Source: a virus
Taxonomy: Duplodnaviria; Caudoviricetes
Direction: 5' to 3' (one strand)
IMG/VR virus record: IMGVR_UViG_3300050505_000468
Span: 1-64,000 of that record
Length of the DNA stretch: 64,000 bases
Part shown: positions 38,933 through 48,306 of the stretch, piece after piece
Numbering within the stretch: the stretch's first letter is position 1
How the letters are laid out: each line of letters begins with the position of its first letter
Notes under the pieces: generated by a model
Databases searched by the model: none
What the model was told of the DNA's origin: nothing
Seen by the model: the letters and a program-made list of their open reading frames with translations, nothing else
Position numbers and translations under genes: made by a program

Positions 38933-39050
38933 TTATATTTTCAGAGACCAGCACATTCGCGGGCTTAGAAAGCGGTCTGCGAGTGGCCCATCTGGGTGTG
39001 CGGTATGAGCGGATCCTACAGCCTGGCGGGTGTGCTGTCTATGCTATCAC
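38933..39050 (-). promoter_or_regulatory. CRISPR leader and promoter with operator-like boxes
   Basis: TCAGAGACCAG...TGCGAG; TAGACA-N17-TAGGAT on the - strand overlapped by GTGATAGCA/GACAGCAC. Confidence 0.7.
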
Positions 39051-39131
39051 AAATGGCCCACTTCTATCGGCAGATCTGGGGCTTTGCGAGCAGTGGCTGG
39101 GAACCGGCGATCACTGCACCGCTCGCACTTT

Positions 39132-39533
39132 TCAGCGCCGGGGCGGCAAGACGGCGCAGTCAGCCCAGAAGCCACCGAGTTTTTGGAACATCGCCACGAG
39201 TGGAATGAGGCCAATGGGTTTTTGGATGTACGCATTGGCGCGGGCGAGATAGGCCTTGTCCACGTCGCTTTCGTCGGCCGAGCTCGAAAGGACGATGACG
39301 ACCTGGGTACCGAAATGGGGATTACTCCGGATGTCGTCGATGAGCTCGATCCCGCTTTTGCCGGGAAGCCGGACATCGACCAGCACGAGATCGTAATGGC
39401 CCGCGCCGAGCGCAGCGAGCGCGGAGGCGGCATCGGGCACGGTGTCCACATCGGCCACGAGACCCGCACTGGCGAGGGCCTGCTTGGCAAAGAACACATC
39501 CGTTAAATTGTCTTCGACGATGAGAATGCGCAC
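39132..39533 (-). CDS. single-domain response regulator (Rcp1-like)
   Basis: ILIVEDN, DLVLVDVRLP, VLSSS, ANAYIQKP. Confidence 0.9.
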   Translation of the reverse strand: MRILIVEDNLTDVFFAKQALASAGLVADVDTVPDAASALAALGAGHYDLVLVDVRLPGKSGIELIDDIRSNPHFGTQVVIVLSSSADESDVDKAYLARANAYIQKPIGLIPLVAMFQKLGGFWADCAVLPPRR

Positions 39534-39541
39534 GGGTCTCT

Positions 39542-40312
39542 TTATTGGGTGGCAGCCGGGATCTGAAAACGGATCGTTGCTCCCTTTCCTGTGTCACCCT
39601 CGGCCCAGATGCGCCCATGGTGTTCGTCGATGATGCGCCGGCACATGGCCAGGCCAAAGCCCGATCCGGAATACGTCCCATCGTCCGGGTGCAGGCGCTT
39701 TCCCATCTTGAAAATCGTTTCGGCGTGTGCAGCCTGAAACCCGATGCCGTTGTCGGCGAACGCTACCTCGATCACGGCCCGATCGCGCACCGTGACGGTG
39801 ACGCGGATTTCGGGGCGGGTGCGCCGGTATTTCAGCGAGTTGCTGATCAGGTTCTGGAACACTTGCGTGATCAGCGGGGCCGAGCCGTAGGCGCGCGGCC
39901 AGAGGGCGGGGATTTTGATGATCTTGGCATCCGTTTCGCGGATCGGGATCCACATGGCCTCGATGGCTTCATCGAGTGCGGCGTGTAGATCGAATGGGCC
40001 CATCACGTCGGCAAGATCGTCTTCGTTCCGCGTGGCAGCGCGCATGTAGTCCAGGAAGTCTTGGTGCTTTTTGGCCAGGCGCCGGCAGCCGGCGGTGAGC
40101 TGGCCGATCCATTCCTTGGCTTCGGGATCCAGGTGGCCGTTCAATTTCAGGGCGATGAGGTCGGCGAAGCCGGCGATGGTGCGGAGCGGCTCCTGGAGAT
40201 CGTGACTCATGAAGCATGCGAATTCTTCGAGATCGGTGTTCATGCGCTCGAGCCTTTCTACCATCGGCGCGCACGGATCGTCCGGGGGAACGAGAACGGC
40301 GGGAAGGGTCAT
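39542..40312 (-). CDS. sensorless histidine kinase (HisKA plus HATPase)
   Basis: SHDLQEPLR, QNLISNSLKY, DNGIG, GSGFGLA. Confidence 0.92.
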   Translation of the reverse strand: MTLPAVLVPPDDPCAPMVERLERMNTDLEEFACFMSHDLQEPLRTIAGFADLIALKLNGHLDPEAKEWIGQLTAGCRRLAKKHQDFLDYMRAATRNEDDLADVMGPFDLHAALDEAIEAMWIPIRETDAKIIKIPALWPRAYGSAPLITQVFQNLISNSLKYRRTRPEIRVTVTVRDRAVIEVAFADNGIGFQAAHAETIFKMGKRLHPDDGTYSGSGFGLAMCRRIIDEHHGRIWAEGDTGKGATIRFQIPAATQ

Positions 40313-41352
40313 GGGTGGTGTTCCTTCGGTGGGGCTTCGGGCGGCGGCGCAATGGTGCGCATGCTGAAATAGCCGGCTACTAGCTGGAGGATGACGGCCA
40401 TGATGCCGGCGATGACGGCGTGCCAGATCTTGAACTTGTAGACGCGGGCTTGCTTTTCGTCTTCTTTGCCCACGGCCAGGATCTCGGCGTGGGCTTCCAT
40501 CGTGATGCTCTGGCGCTCGTGCTCGTCCAATTCCTCTTCGTGCTCCGCGAGCTCCTTTTCGACTTCCTGGCGCCACTGGATGAACTCGTTCAGTTGGTGG
40601 CGCATCGGTGGCCGGACGCTCGTGCCGCGGACCAGGATCGTGTCGTGCTCGCTCACGACGGACGAAACGCGTTCGACTTCCTTGATCAGCTGTTCGACCT
40701 TGGCGCGGAGATCGAGCAGAACGGTGACCGTGGTGCGGGAAACGCTGATGACCGCGTCCTCCCGTTCTTCTTTGGCCAGGACCACGGCTTCGTGCTGCCC
40801 GCTTGTATTGGCGCGGCGGAGGTTCGCTTCGGCCTTCTCGAGCTTCCGGTAATTCTCGGCGGCCTCGGGCGGCGCCGGCACGGTGTGGCGCCAGCGTTCG
40901 ACCGCCAGAAGGACGCGCCGGTAGATGCTCGCCGGCTGATCGCTTTTCAGCACGTAGTCGGCGGCGCCGTGGGCCACGAGCCGGCAGGCGAGCTCGATCC
41001 GGCTGTCACCCGTGGCAACGACTATTGGGATATGGGGGAAGCGGCTGTGCAGGAGGTCGAATGTGTCCGAACCGGAGGCGTCGGGCAGATTCAGATCCAG
41101 GAGCACCACGTCCACGTTCCCGCGCTCGAGGTGGCGGAAGGCGTTTTCGAGTGTGGCGGCTTCGTGGACTTCGACGACGGTGGACAGGTCCAGGAAGATT
41201 TGCCGGAGGAGCTTTCGGGCTAGCGGGTCGTCCTCGATCAGCACGGCGCGGAGGTAGCGCTCGGGTCTCGAAATGCGTCCGCTCTTCTCCAGAAACTCGC
41301 GACTTGCCGCACTGGTCAATCTGCCAGGTGGTTTTTTTTCGTCGCCGTCCAT
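40309..41352 (-). CDS. receiver domain plus coiled coil plus C-terminal TM protein
   Basis: LIEDD, VVLLDLNLPD, GAADYVLK; IWHAVIAGIMAVILQLVAGYF. Confidence 0.85.
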   Translation of the reverse strand: MDGDEKKPPGRLTSAASREFLEKSGRISRPERYLRAVLIEDDPLARKLLRQIFLDLSTVVEVHEAATLENAFRHLERGNVDVVLLDLNLPDASGSDTFDLLHSRFPHIPIVVATGDSRIELACRLVAHGAADYVLKSDQPASIYRRVLLAVERWRHTVPAPPEAAENYRKLEKAEANLRRANTSGQHEAVVLAKEEREDAVISVSRTTVTVLLDLRAKVEQLIKEVERVSSVVSEHDTILVRGTSVRPPMRHQLNEFIQWRQEVEKELAEHEEELDEHERQSITMEAHAEILAVGKEDEKQARVYKFKIWHAVIAGIMAVILQLVAGYFSMRTIAPPPEAPPKEHHP

Positions 41353-41419
41353 GGTGCGAACCGCACCGTACTAGCGTCGTCGAACCGGCGGGTAGGCGCA
41401 AGATTTAGGACCGAAACCC

Positions 41420-41866
41420 CTAGGGGGTGGGCGTGAAGACTTCCAGGTTCGCGTGCGCGGTCACATACCAGCTGTCCTGCCGGTTGAAGTCCCCTTCGCG
41501 CCGTACGCGGAACGGATACTCCAGGCGCTGGAAGGCGGCCGCCACGAGGGCCATCAGCGTGCCGTCTTCCAGCCAGGTGCGGCTGACCACACCGTTCCAC
41601 GCGGGACCGGAACCCGTGAACGTGCAAGGGACCCCTTCGTGCGTCAGCGCATCGGGATCGGGATCGACCACGATGAGTTTGTTGATGCTCCGGTCCTTGG
41701 TCGAGAAGTAGGCGAAGGTGCCGTTCTCCCAGCAGACGCGCACAACGTCTTTGCCACTGTTGGCGGTTCCGTCCGTGAAGTCGACCACGCCGAAAAGCGG
41801 CGGGTCGCACATCAGGCCGGAGTCGACACCCAGATAAACAACATCACCCTGTGCTACGTCGGACAT
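41420..41866 (-). CDS. hypothetical protein
   Basis: 148-aa ORF with GAGG SD. Confidence 0.55.
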   Translation of the reverse strand: MSDVAQGDVVYLGVDSGLMCDPPLFGVVDFTDGTANSGKDVVRVCWENGTFAYFSTKDRSINKLIVVDPDPDALTHEGVPCTFTGSGPAWNGVVSRTWLEDGTLMALVAAAFQRLEYPFRVRREGDFNRQDSWYVTAHANLEVFTPTP

Positions 41867-41877
41867 CTTCGTTTACC

Positions 41878-43599
41878 TCACGGCATGTTTGCCAGGATCT
41901 GATCGGCCGTTTGCCGGGCCAGGTAGAAAAGCCCCGTGGGCGGCGGGCCCACGACACCGGTTTCGATGTGCTCGTCGAGTACATCCATCGGGCCGCCGGG
42001 TGGGAAGTTTGCCTGGACCAGATCGGTGCGCGTGGTCGAGACGAGAAGGTCCTTCGACGTCAGCATGTCCGACCAGAATGCGAAGCCCACGCCACCGGCG
42101 GGCGCCTGGTTTCGCATCCGCTGGTCCACGAACTTCTTCGGGCCGGTGTGCAGATAGGCGCCATAGTCGGCCGTGATCTGCGTGAACCACGAGTCCCAGA
42201 GGGGGTTCCAGTTCTGGGCTTCGAGCAGGGTCTGCGAATTGGCCTCGCCCTGGTTTTCGATGAAGATCACCTTGGCGATGTTGCCGCGTTTCAAGGCGTC
42301 GTTTAGCCGGAGCTTCATGATGCCCACGAGCTGGTTTTGCGGCGGGGGGACTGTGGATAGTCCCGTCGTCCATTGCGTCGCATCGGTGCCGCCGATGCAG
42401 CTCTGCAGGATGCCGATGTCGTACGGGTAGCCGCCCTGGCGCAGCATGTCGGCCAGCATCCTGAGCCAGCCGGTCAGGGCATTCATGTTCTGCGAGTACG
42501 GCTGGAAGTTTGCCGTCTGCACGATGGGATCGATCGGGTTCTGTTTCCACCAGCCGGAAATGTTGTACTGCCAGATGTGGTTGTCGGTCGGCGGCACGTA
42601 GGGGGTCGTGCCTTCGCCGAGGCCGTTCGATTGGCCGGCAGCGACCAGGAGGACCATCGGATTCGAGTAAACGTTCAGGGCCTGCTTGTAGAGCTGGGAA
42701 TTGACGCCGAACGTGTGCTCGAGATCGGTGATCTGCTGGAGCGTGAGCACGTGGTCGTACACGTGCATTTCCCGCATGCAGAAAATGCCGGTGAGCGAGG
42801 ATCCGGCGCCCGAGCCGCCGACGACCAGGCGATTGATCACGGACGAATTGGCGGCGAGGTTCAGGGGATTGCCCGTGTCTTCGACGCCATCGATGCGCAT
42901 GCGCATGGAGCCCGTGTTGTCGCGCGTGAGCGTCACGACCTGCGGGGCGCGGTAGGCGCTGAACTGGGTCTGGGTCGCCGTCACGGTCGATCCGCTGGTT
43001 GGCACCACCGTGAATTTGTAGCGCTGGGTCCCGTCCAGGCTGAACGTTTGGCGGGCGGAAGTGCCGGAGTTACCGAAGCCGAAAAGGTCGACGTTGAGCG
43101 CGGTCAGCGGCAGGACCACGAAGAAGATCGTGAAGGGCTTGTTCTGGCCACTGATGGCGTTGACGAGCGCGGTGCCGGTGAATTTCAGGCCTTCGCCGGA
43201 GTGGATCCGCATGCAGGCGAGTCCGCCCCAGATCCCGGTTTGATACGTCGGGCCGTGGGCGGCGGAAAATTCGACGCCGTTCGACCCGGAAGGGGACAGA
43301 TCCTGGACGACCGTGATGTGCGTCCCGTCGCCGCTATTGGTCGTGTGATCGGCGTCCATGCCGAGGATCCAACCCGGCACATCGCCCGGCTGAACGAGGC
43401 CTGCGGTTACAGGACCGTTCGCGGCGAAGCGGCGTGTGCGAAATCGGGAAGGCACGGGCTCTTGTTTCTGGTTGACCATGAGCCCCGCGCTTTCGGTCGG
43501 GGCGACTTCGGTGGGGTCATACTGATCGGGAACGGCAGATGAACAGGCTGCGAGAATCAGAACGATGACGTTGAAGATGAACAGGCGAAACAGAGACAT
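41878..43599 (-). CDS. lipoprotein with LamG-like domain and SASA/CE6-type O-acetylesterase domain
   Basis: LAAC lipobox; beta-sandwich region; AAGQSN, QGEAN, DEH. Confidence 0.75.
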   Translation of the reverse strand: MSLFRLFIFNVIVLILAACSSAVPDQYDPTEVAPTESAGLMVNQKQEPVPSRFRTRRFAANGPVTAGLVQPGDVPGWILGMDADHTTNSGDGTHITVVQDLSPSGSNGVEFSAAHGPTYQTGIWGGLACMRIHSGEGLKFTGTALVNAISGQNKPFTIFFVVLPLTALNVDLFGFGNSGTSARQTFSLDGTQRYKFTVVPTSGSTVTATQTQFSAYRAPQVVTLTRDNTGSMRMRIDGVEDTGNPLNLAANSSVINRLVVGGSGAGSSLTGIFCMREMHVYDHVLTLQQITDLEHTFGVNSQLYKQALNVYSNPMVLLVAAGQSNGLGEGTTPYVPPTDNHIWQYNISGWWKQNPIDPIVQTANFQPYSQNMNALTGWLRMLADMLRQGGYPYDIGILQSCIGGTDATQWTTGLSTVPPPQNQLVGIMKLRLNDALKRGNIAKVIFIENQGEANSQTLLEAQNWNPLWDSWFTQITADYGAYLHTGPKKFVDQRMRNQAPAGGVGFAFWSDMLTSKDLLVSTTRTDLVQANFPPGGPMDVLDEHIETGVVGPPPTGLFYLARQTADQILANMP

Positions 43600-43645
43600 G
43601 GGGCTCCTCCGATGTCTGCTACGCAAACGCGGAGGGGAAACTTCC

Positions 43646-44326
43646 TCACTCGGCCCTCTTGATAAGGAGGGCGTGGAGATCGACCATCGTGTTCCACTCG
43701 TGCCACAGCATGCGCTGGGCGGCTTCGGGGTGGCGGAGGTTCAGCTCCTGGGGAACGATCGGGTTCACGTCGCCGGCGAAGTCGCAAGTGACCCGGTAGT
43801 GGTCGAGTCCCTGTTGCTTTCGCCATTCGGCATTCAGGTAGGCAAACGTCTCACCGGTGATGAAGCGCCGGTGGGTGGGATCCTGGAAGGCGCGGTGGGT
43901 TTTCAGGGCGGGGACAACCACAGTCATCGTGCCGCCCGGCTTCAGGATCCGGAAGCATTCGTCGAAGAAGGCAAAGAAGAAGTCCTGGCCGATGAAGCGC
44001 TTGAATTCGATCCGCGCCTTTTCTTCCCGCTCCTCGCGCACTTTCTTCTGGCTTTCCCAGTTCAGTGTGGGATTGGTGCGGTAGTCGATGCGCAAATCGC
44101 GGAGCTCGACTTCGCGGGCGGGCAAGTGCTCCACGAAGTGCGAGCTGTGGATCTCGTCCACGCTCGCGTCTTCCCACGGCAGCGGGAACTTCCAGAGGTC
44201 GACCTTGTGGGTCGCGTCCGGGGCGTAGAGATCCACGCCATCGAAGCCTTCCTTCGGGTGCTGGCCACAGCCGAAGTCGAGCCGGAGCTCAGCGCGGGGT
44301 TTGGCGAGTTCGAGAGCTGCGTTCAT
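43646..44326 (-). CDS. class I SAM-dependent methyltransferase
   Basis: LDFGCG, HFVEHL, RILKPGG, DPTH. Confidence 0.88.
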   Translation of the reverse strand: MNAALELAKPRAELRLDFGCGQHPKEGFDGVDLYAPDATHKVDLWKFPLPWEDASVDEIHSSHFVEHLPAREVELRDLRIDYRTNPTLNWESQKKVREEREEKARIEFKRFIGQDFFFAFFDECFRILKPGGTMTVVVPALKTHRAFQDPTHRRFITGETFAYLNAEWRKQQGLDHYRVTCDFAGDVNPIVPQELNLRHPEAAQRMLWHEWNTMVDLHALLIKRAE

Positions 44327-45072
44327 CAGTACACCACTCCTGTTTCCACATCCAAGTGCCCCACCTTCACGCGCATATCGACGGCGAAGCGCTTACCGGC
44401 GCGCACAGCCCGTTCGCAAAAGTACAAGTCCTGGGTGAAGCCCACGATGCCCTTGTCGGGGATGATGTCGGCCACGGTCACGAACCACGGCGGCTCGAGC
44501 TCGCGGAAAAGATCCAGGCGCCAGAGCGCGCAGCCCATCGCAATGCCGCAGACGGGCATGATCTGCCCCCGGGCGATGGCTTCGGTGACGTGGCGCGGGC
44601 GGAAGTCTAGCTTGCCCGTGTTCTTGAACTCTTCGGGGCAGCCGTAGGCCTGCGGCATGTTGACCGGGCCCTTCGTGAAGTAGATCCCGCTCACGGCATC
44701 GAAGGGGCCATGATCGCCTATGCCCTGGATCGATTCGAGTAGGCGAATGTGCGCGTCGGGCGGCGGGAGATTGTCGTCTTCGAGCGTGAGGATGTACTTC
44801 CACTGCGAGAGATTCGGATCGTCGAGGATCGCTTTGATGAGCTTGTTGTAGGCGATGCCGACCTCGTCACCGGACGCGTAGATCTTGGCGCGCTTCTGGT
44901 TCATCGGCGCGATCAGGTTGTCCCAGGCGTTGATGACCTTGGTGTGCACCATGCCGCGGGTCGGGATGACCACGATCGTGCCGTTTTCGCGGTAGGTAGA
45001 ACCCTGGAGGTGCACGACCCGCTCGAAGCCGAGTCCCTCTTTGATCTGCTCTACCGGTGTCATCTGGGTCAT
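44326..45072 (-). CDS. GT-A glycosyltransferase
   Basis: IPTRG, LTLEDD, GIAMGCAL, QDLYFC, GHLD. Confidence 0.78.
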   Translation of the reverse strand: MTQMTPVEQIKEGLGFERVVHLQGSTYRENGTIVVIPTRGMVHTKVINAWDNLIAPMNQKRAKIYASGDEVGIAYNKLIKAILDDPNLSQWKYILTLEDDNLPPPDAHIRLLESIQGIGDHGPFDAVSGIYFTKGPVNMPQAYGCPEEFKNTGKLDFRPRHVTEAIARGQIMPVCGIAMGCALWRLDLFRELEPPWFVTVADIIPDKGIVGFTQDLYFCERAVRAGKRFAVDMRVKVGHLDVETGVVY

Positions 45073-45081
45073 GGCTTTGGC

Positions 45082-45513
45082 TCACACGCTCGCGATGCCG
45101 ATGAAGATGACCGCCTTGGACTTCGGTGTTGCTCCGTACGATTGATCCGGATCTTCCGATCCGCCGCCGAAGTGAAAAAGGACCGGGCTGCCACTCACCG
45201 TGGCGTAGATCGTAAAATGGACGTTGCCTTCGTCGGGTTCACGCGCGCCCATCATTGGAATCGACACGTACGCACCGGGCGGGATGTCGTGAATGGGGTT
45301 GTGTCTGTTAAGCTCTGGCGGCTCCGTCTCCGCGTTGAAGCGGAGCATCAGTCGCGACCGGCCTGGACCGAGTCCCTGCACGACAATGGTGAAAAAGCCG
45401 ACTGCACCGTCGTCGACATCGGCCAACTCGACGCCACCGATCACCTGGAGACTATCGGACTCGGCGAGCTCCCTCGTGCCGGGACCGTTGATGTACGCTT
45501 CCTTGTACTGCAT
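45082..45513 (-). CDS. hypothetical protein
   Basis: 143-aa ORF with GGAG SD, directly after the fibre gene. Confidence 0.55.
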   Translation of the reverse strand: MQYKEAYINGPGTRELAESDSLQVIGGVELADVDDGAVGFFTIVVQGLGPGRSRLMLRFNAETEPPELNRHNPIHDIPPGAYVSIPMMGAREPDEGNVHFTIYATVSGSPVLFHFGGGSEDPDQSYGATPKSKAVIFIGIASV

Positions 45514-45526
45514 CGCTCGCTCCTTC

Positions 45527-46930
45527 TCAGAATGACGATACGCCCGTGTTGTTCACCATAATTATATGCGGCACAAACGCGCGCTGGCCTAGCCCGCTCT
45601 TGTTCAAATCCGAAAACGGTATGGCCGCTGGCATCGCTCCCGTATTAGCAGTGTAGAGCCCATAAAATGGGTTGAATCCCATGCTGGCGTTGCTCGCGGA
45701 TACAAGGCCAATAGTACCAAGCCTGGCCCCTGCAGTGTTGCTGCTACCCGTAGAGAACAGGAAGATGCCGTACTGGTTCATCGACGTCATCGATATGCCG
45801 GCCGACGAGAGTACTGTGCCAATGTAGTATTTGCTTCCGCGCGCGAACACTGGGCTCGATGACCACTGCGACGCGACCATCGTCAAAAACCGCTGCCCGC
45901 TATACGACTGCGTGTTGTTGGCGTTCGCCGTGAACCCGAACGTGGCGAGTCCTGAGTTCAGCAGGGACAGCGTTCCGCCCGTTGACGTATAGATGCCCAC
46001 TGATATTGAGTACGTGAATGCACTCGAGTCGTTCGATGTGTTCGCGCTGAGCGACAGATCGAACATCAGCGTATTCGCAGTTATATTGTACGGGAATGCT
46101 GCCGCGTGCATCGGCGCGATCTTGAGCGAACTGAATATGTTCGCATTCCATGTTACAAGCCCACCCAGCGTGCCGGTGCCGCCTAATTCCATATTGTCGA
46201 AAAGCTCGGAAAGCGGCACTGTCTGCGAAAAGCTCGCCGTAACCGTCGATCCGGCCATGCCGAACGAAACGTTGTTCGAGTTCGAGAACACTACGGTACC
46301 GGCCGAAACGCTGTTCCCAGAGGCGGAGATGGCGCCGAAGTTCCCGGTGCCTGCACTGATCGAGGCCGTGACGGTTGACCCGGCCATGCCGAAGGAGACG
46401 CTGTTCGCGTTCGAGAACACTACGGTACCGGCCGAAACGCTGTTCCCAGAGGCGGAGATGGCGCCGAAGTTTCCCGTGCCCGCGCTGACCGAACCCGTGA
46501 CGGTCGATCCGGCCATGCCGAAGGAAATGTTGTTCGCGTTCGAGAAGACGACCGTGCCGTTCGAGACGCTGTTGCCGGAGGCGGAGATCGCGCCGAGGTT
46601 TCCGGTACCGGCATTGGCGGAAGCCGTGAGGGTCGAGCCGGCCATGCCGAAGGTGATGTTGTTCGCGTTCCCGAAGCTGAACGTGCCATCGGTAATGCTG
46701 TTGCCTGCGGCAGACAGGGCGCGGGGCGCGGCGTAGTTGCCGGTGACCCGCGAGCTCGCGGACATACCGAAGGTGAGGCCGTTCGAGTTCGCGAAAAGAA
46801 CAGTGCCGGTCGATGCCGTTTGCGTACCGGCCGCGACCGCAACACCGCCGGTGCCGCCGGTGCCGCCGCCCGCGGGAGGCACGCGGGGCGTGCCGCGCGC
46901 CGCAGCGCCAAGTCGAACGCGCGTGGTCAC
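45527..46930 (-). CDS. fibre/spike-like protein with 43-aa Gly/Ser/Asn-rich repeats
   Basis: Repeated GAISASGNSVS.GTVVFSNAN..SFGMAGSTVT; GTGA-coupled start. Confidence 0.7.
   Translation of the reverse strand: MTTRVRLGAAARGTPRVPPAGGGTGGTGGVAVAAGTQTASTGTVLFANSNGLTFGMSASSRVTGNYAAPRALSAAGNSITDGTFSFGNANNITFGMAGSTLTASANAGTGNLGAISASGNSVSNGTVVFSNANNISFGMAGSTVTGSVSAGTGNFGAISASGNSVSAGTVVFSNANSVSFGMAGSTVTASISAGTGNFGAISASGNSVSAGTVVFSNSNNVSFGMAGSTVTASFSQTVPLSELFDNMELGGTGTLGGLVTWNANIFSSLKIAPMHAAAFPYNITANTLMFDLSLSANTSNDSSAFTYSISVGIYTSTGGTLSLLNSGLATFGFTANANNTQSYSGQRFLTMVASQWSSSPVFARGSKYYIGTVLSSAGISMTSMNQYGIFLFSTGSSNTAGARLGTIGLVSASNASMGFNPFYGLYTANTGAMPAAIPFSDLNKSGLGQRAFVPHIIMVNNTGVSSF
46233..46810 (-). repeat. 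intragenic tandem repeat, 129-nt period, ~4.5 copies
   Basis: GCCATGCCGAA at 46254, 46383, 46512, 46641. Confidence 0.85.
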
Positions 46931-47724
46931 GGATTGGCTCCCGTCATGATGAAGATCCCAAGATCTGGGATCTCGGCGTGATCGCCGTTGCCCGTGCCGT
47001 AGATGTTCGAGAAGGCGAGATCTGTGCTCGTGAAATCCCAGACGCCCGCGCCCTGATCGGTGCGGCGGACGAGAATGATGATTTCGTCCCCTTCCGCATC
47101 GAACCAGAACGGATTGAAGATGGGCTCGTTCGCGATCGCAAGCGACACGTTCGGGTCGTAGGTGCCTTGCTGCAGGGCGGCGAGATTCAGGGTAGGGAGA
47201 AGCGGCGTGGGCCATGCGAGCCCCGAACGGGGCGTGAAGATCTGCTGGCGGAGATTCAGGACACCGGGATCGGTCGCACCACCCGGCTCCGTCTGCTCGA
47301 ACGCTTCGAGCTGGGCCGCGGCGGGGATCACGAAGCGCGCGCCGCCGGTGATTGCAGTCGTATCGGCCACACCGGGAAATTGCTTTGCCATGTGGTAGGG
47401 CTGCCGATTTTCGGTCCAGGCCACGATGCCGCGCAGGCGATGCACGACGCAGTAGTCGTACAGCGTGACATCCGTGCTTTCGTTCTGGGTCGAGATGGCG
47501 AGCGGTACCCAAAGGGTGCAGCGGGCGCCGAGCGGGACGGGGAAGCCGGCGGCCAGATTCGGCGCATACCCGGGCGTTCCAGCTTCGGGCGCCGTTCCGC
47601 CCGGGATCGCGATCGGAATATTCGGCGCCTGCCCTTGGTAGGCCCGCTCGAATCCCTTGAACGGCTTCAGCGTTCGGGCAACCGTAAACTGCGCATCGGC
47701 AAGAACGTTAACGCTCGAGTTCAT
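46927..47724 (-). CDS. hypothetical, possibly structural protein
   Basis: 265-aa Pro/Gly/beta-rich ORF upstream of the fibre. Confidence 0.6.
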   Translation of the reverse strand: MNSSVNVLADAQFTVARTLKPFKGFERAYQGQAPNIPIAIPGGTAPEAGTPGYAPNLAAGFPVPLGARCTLWVPLAISTQNESTDVTLYDYCVVHRLRGIVAWTENRQPYHMAKQFPGVADTTAITGGARFVIPAAAQLEAFEQTEPGGATDPGVLNLRQQIFTPRSGLAWPTPLLPTLNLAALQQGTYDPNVSLAIANEPIFNPFWFDAEGDEIIILVRRTDQGAGVWDFTSTDLAFSNIYGTGNGDHAEIPDLGIFIMTGANP

Positions 47725-47727
47725 CCT

Positions 47728-48255
47728 TCAGTCCTCGTTCCGTAATTTGTGCGCGCGGTACGCGCAGTAACCGCCGATGCCCAGGCCGACGACAGAAACG
47801 GTCATGCTCTTGACCGCTTCGGCGTGTACCGCTTCATCGGTCGAGCCCCAGGTTGATTTCGCGCGCCAGCCATTGCGGAACGCGGCGAACGTGAAAGCGC
47901 CCGCACCCGCGCCCCAGGCGCCACCGAAAAGCGCGCCGATGCCGGCGCCGGCGGCAACGGTCAGCAGGGTGATGCCGGCGCTCCGGCGCGCGTTGCCGCC
48001 ACCACCCGGCAGGTTCGATCCTTCGCCGAAAACTACGGGCGTGTGCACGGGCGGGAGCGGCGGCGGGGGCGGCCCTTCGGCGGCGTAAACCTTCGGCTCT
48101 TGATTGGGGCCTGGCGGCAGCGCGGGGAGCGGCGCGGATGGTGGCGGCGGACCGCCGTTTCCGTCCTCATCGACGGCAAGGGGCACTTCAGGGAACTCCC
48201 AGGGATCACCCTGGTCCTCGAAAATGCCGCTCGGTACGTCGTCTGCCTCAGCCAC
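47728..48255 (-). CDS. Pro-rich membrane protein
   Basis: Poly-Pro N-half and Gly-rich TM helices; GATTTC-class promoter upstream. Confidence 0.6.
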   Translation of the reverse strand: MAEADDVPSGIFEDQGDPWEFPEVPLAVDEDGNGGPPPPSAPLPALPPGPNQEPKVYAAEGPPPPPLPPVHTPVVFGEGSNLPGGGGNARRSAGITLLTVAAGAGIGALFGGAWGAGAGAFTFAAFRNGWRAKSTWGSTDEAVHAEAVKSMTVSVVGLGIGGYCAYRAHKLRNED

Positions 48256-48306
48256 GCGATCAGGCTACTGGCAGATCGAGAAAACACGAAGAAATCGAGC
48301 GAAACT

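Noticed and set aside
37622-39252. Long ORFs across the main CRISPR array (also 29189-30392 and 31240-31926)
   Set aside because: They translate the repeats (PELIAPGMLFT, SRAHRARDALH) and are artefacts of stop-free GC-rich repeats
42373-44647. Long + strand ORFs (also 48043-49206, 26440-27333, 62457-63371)
   Set aside because: Antisense shadows of well-supported - strand genes in high-GC DNA
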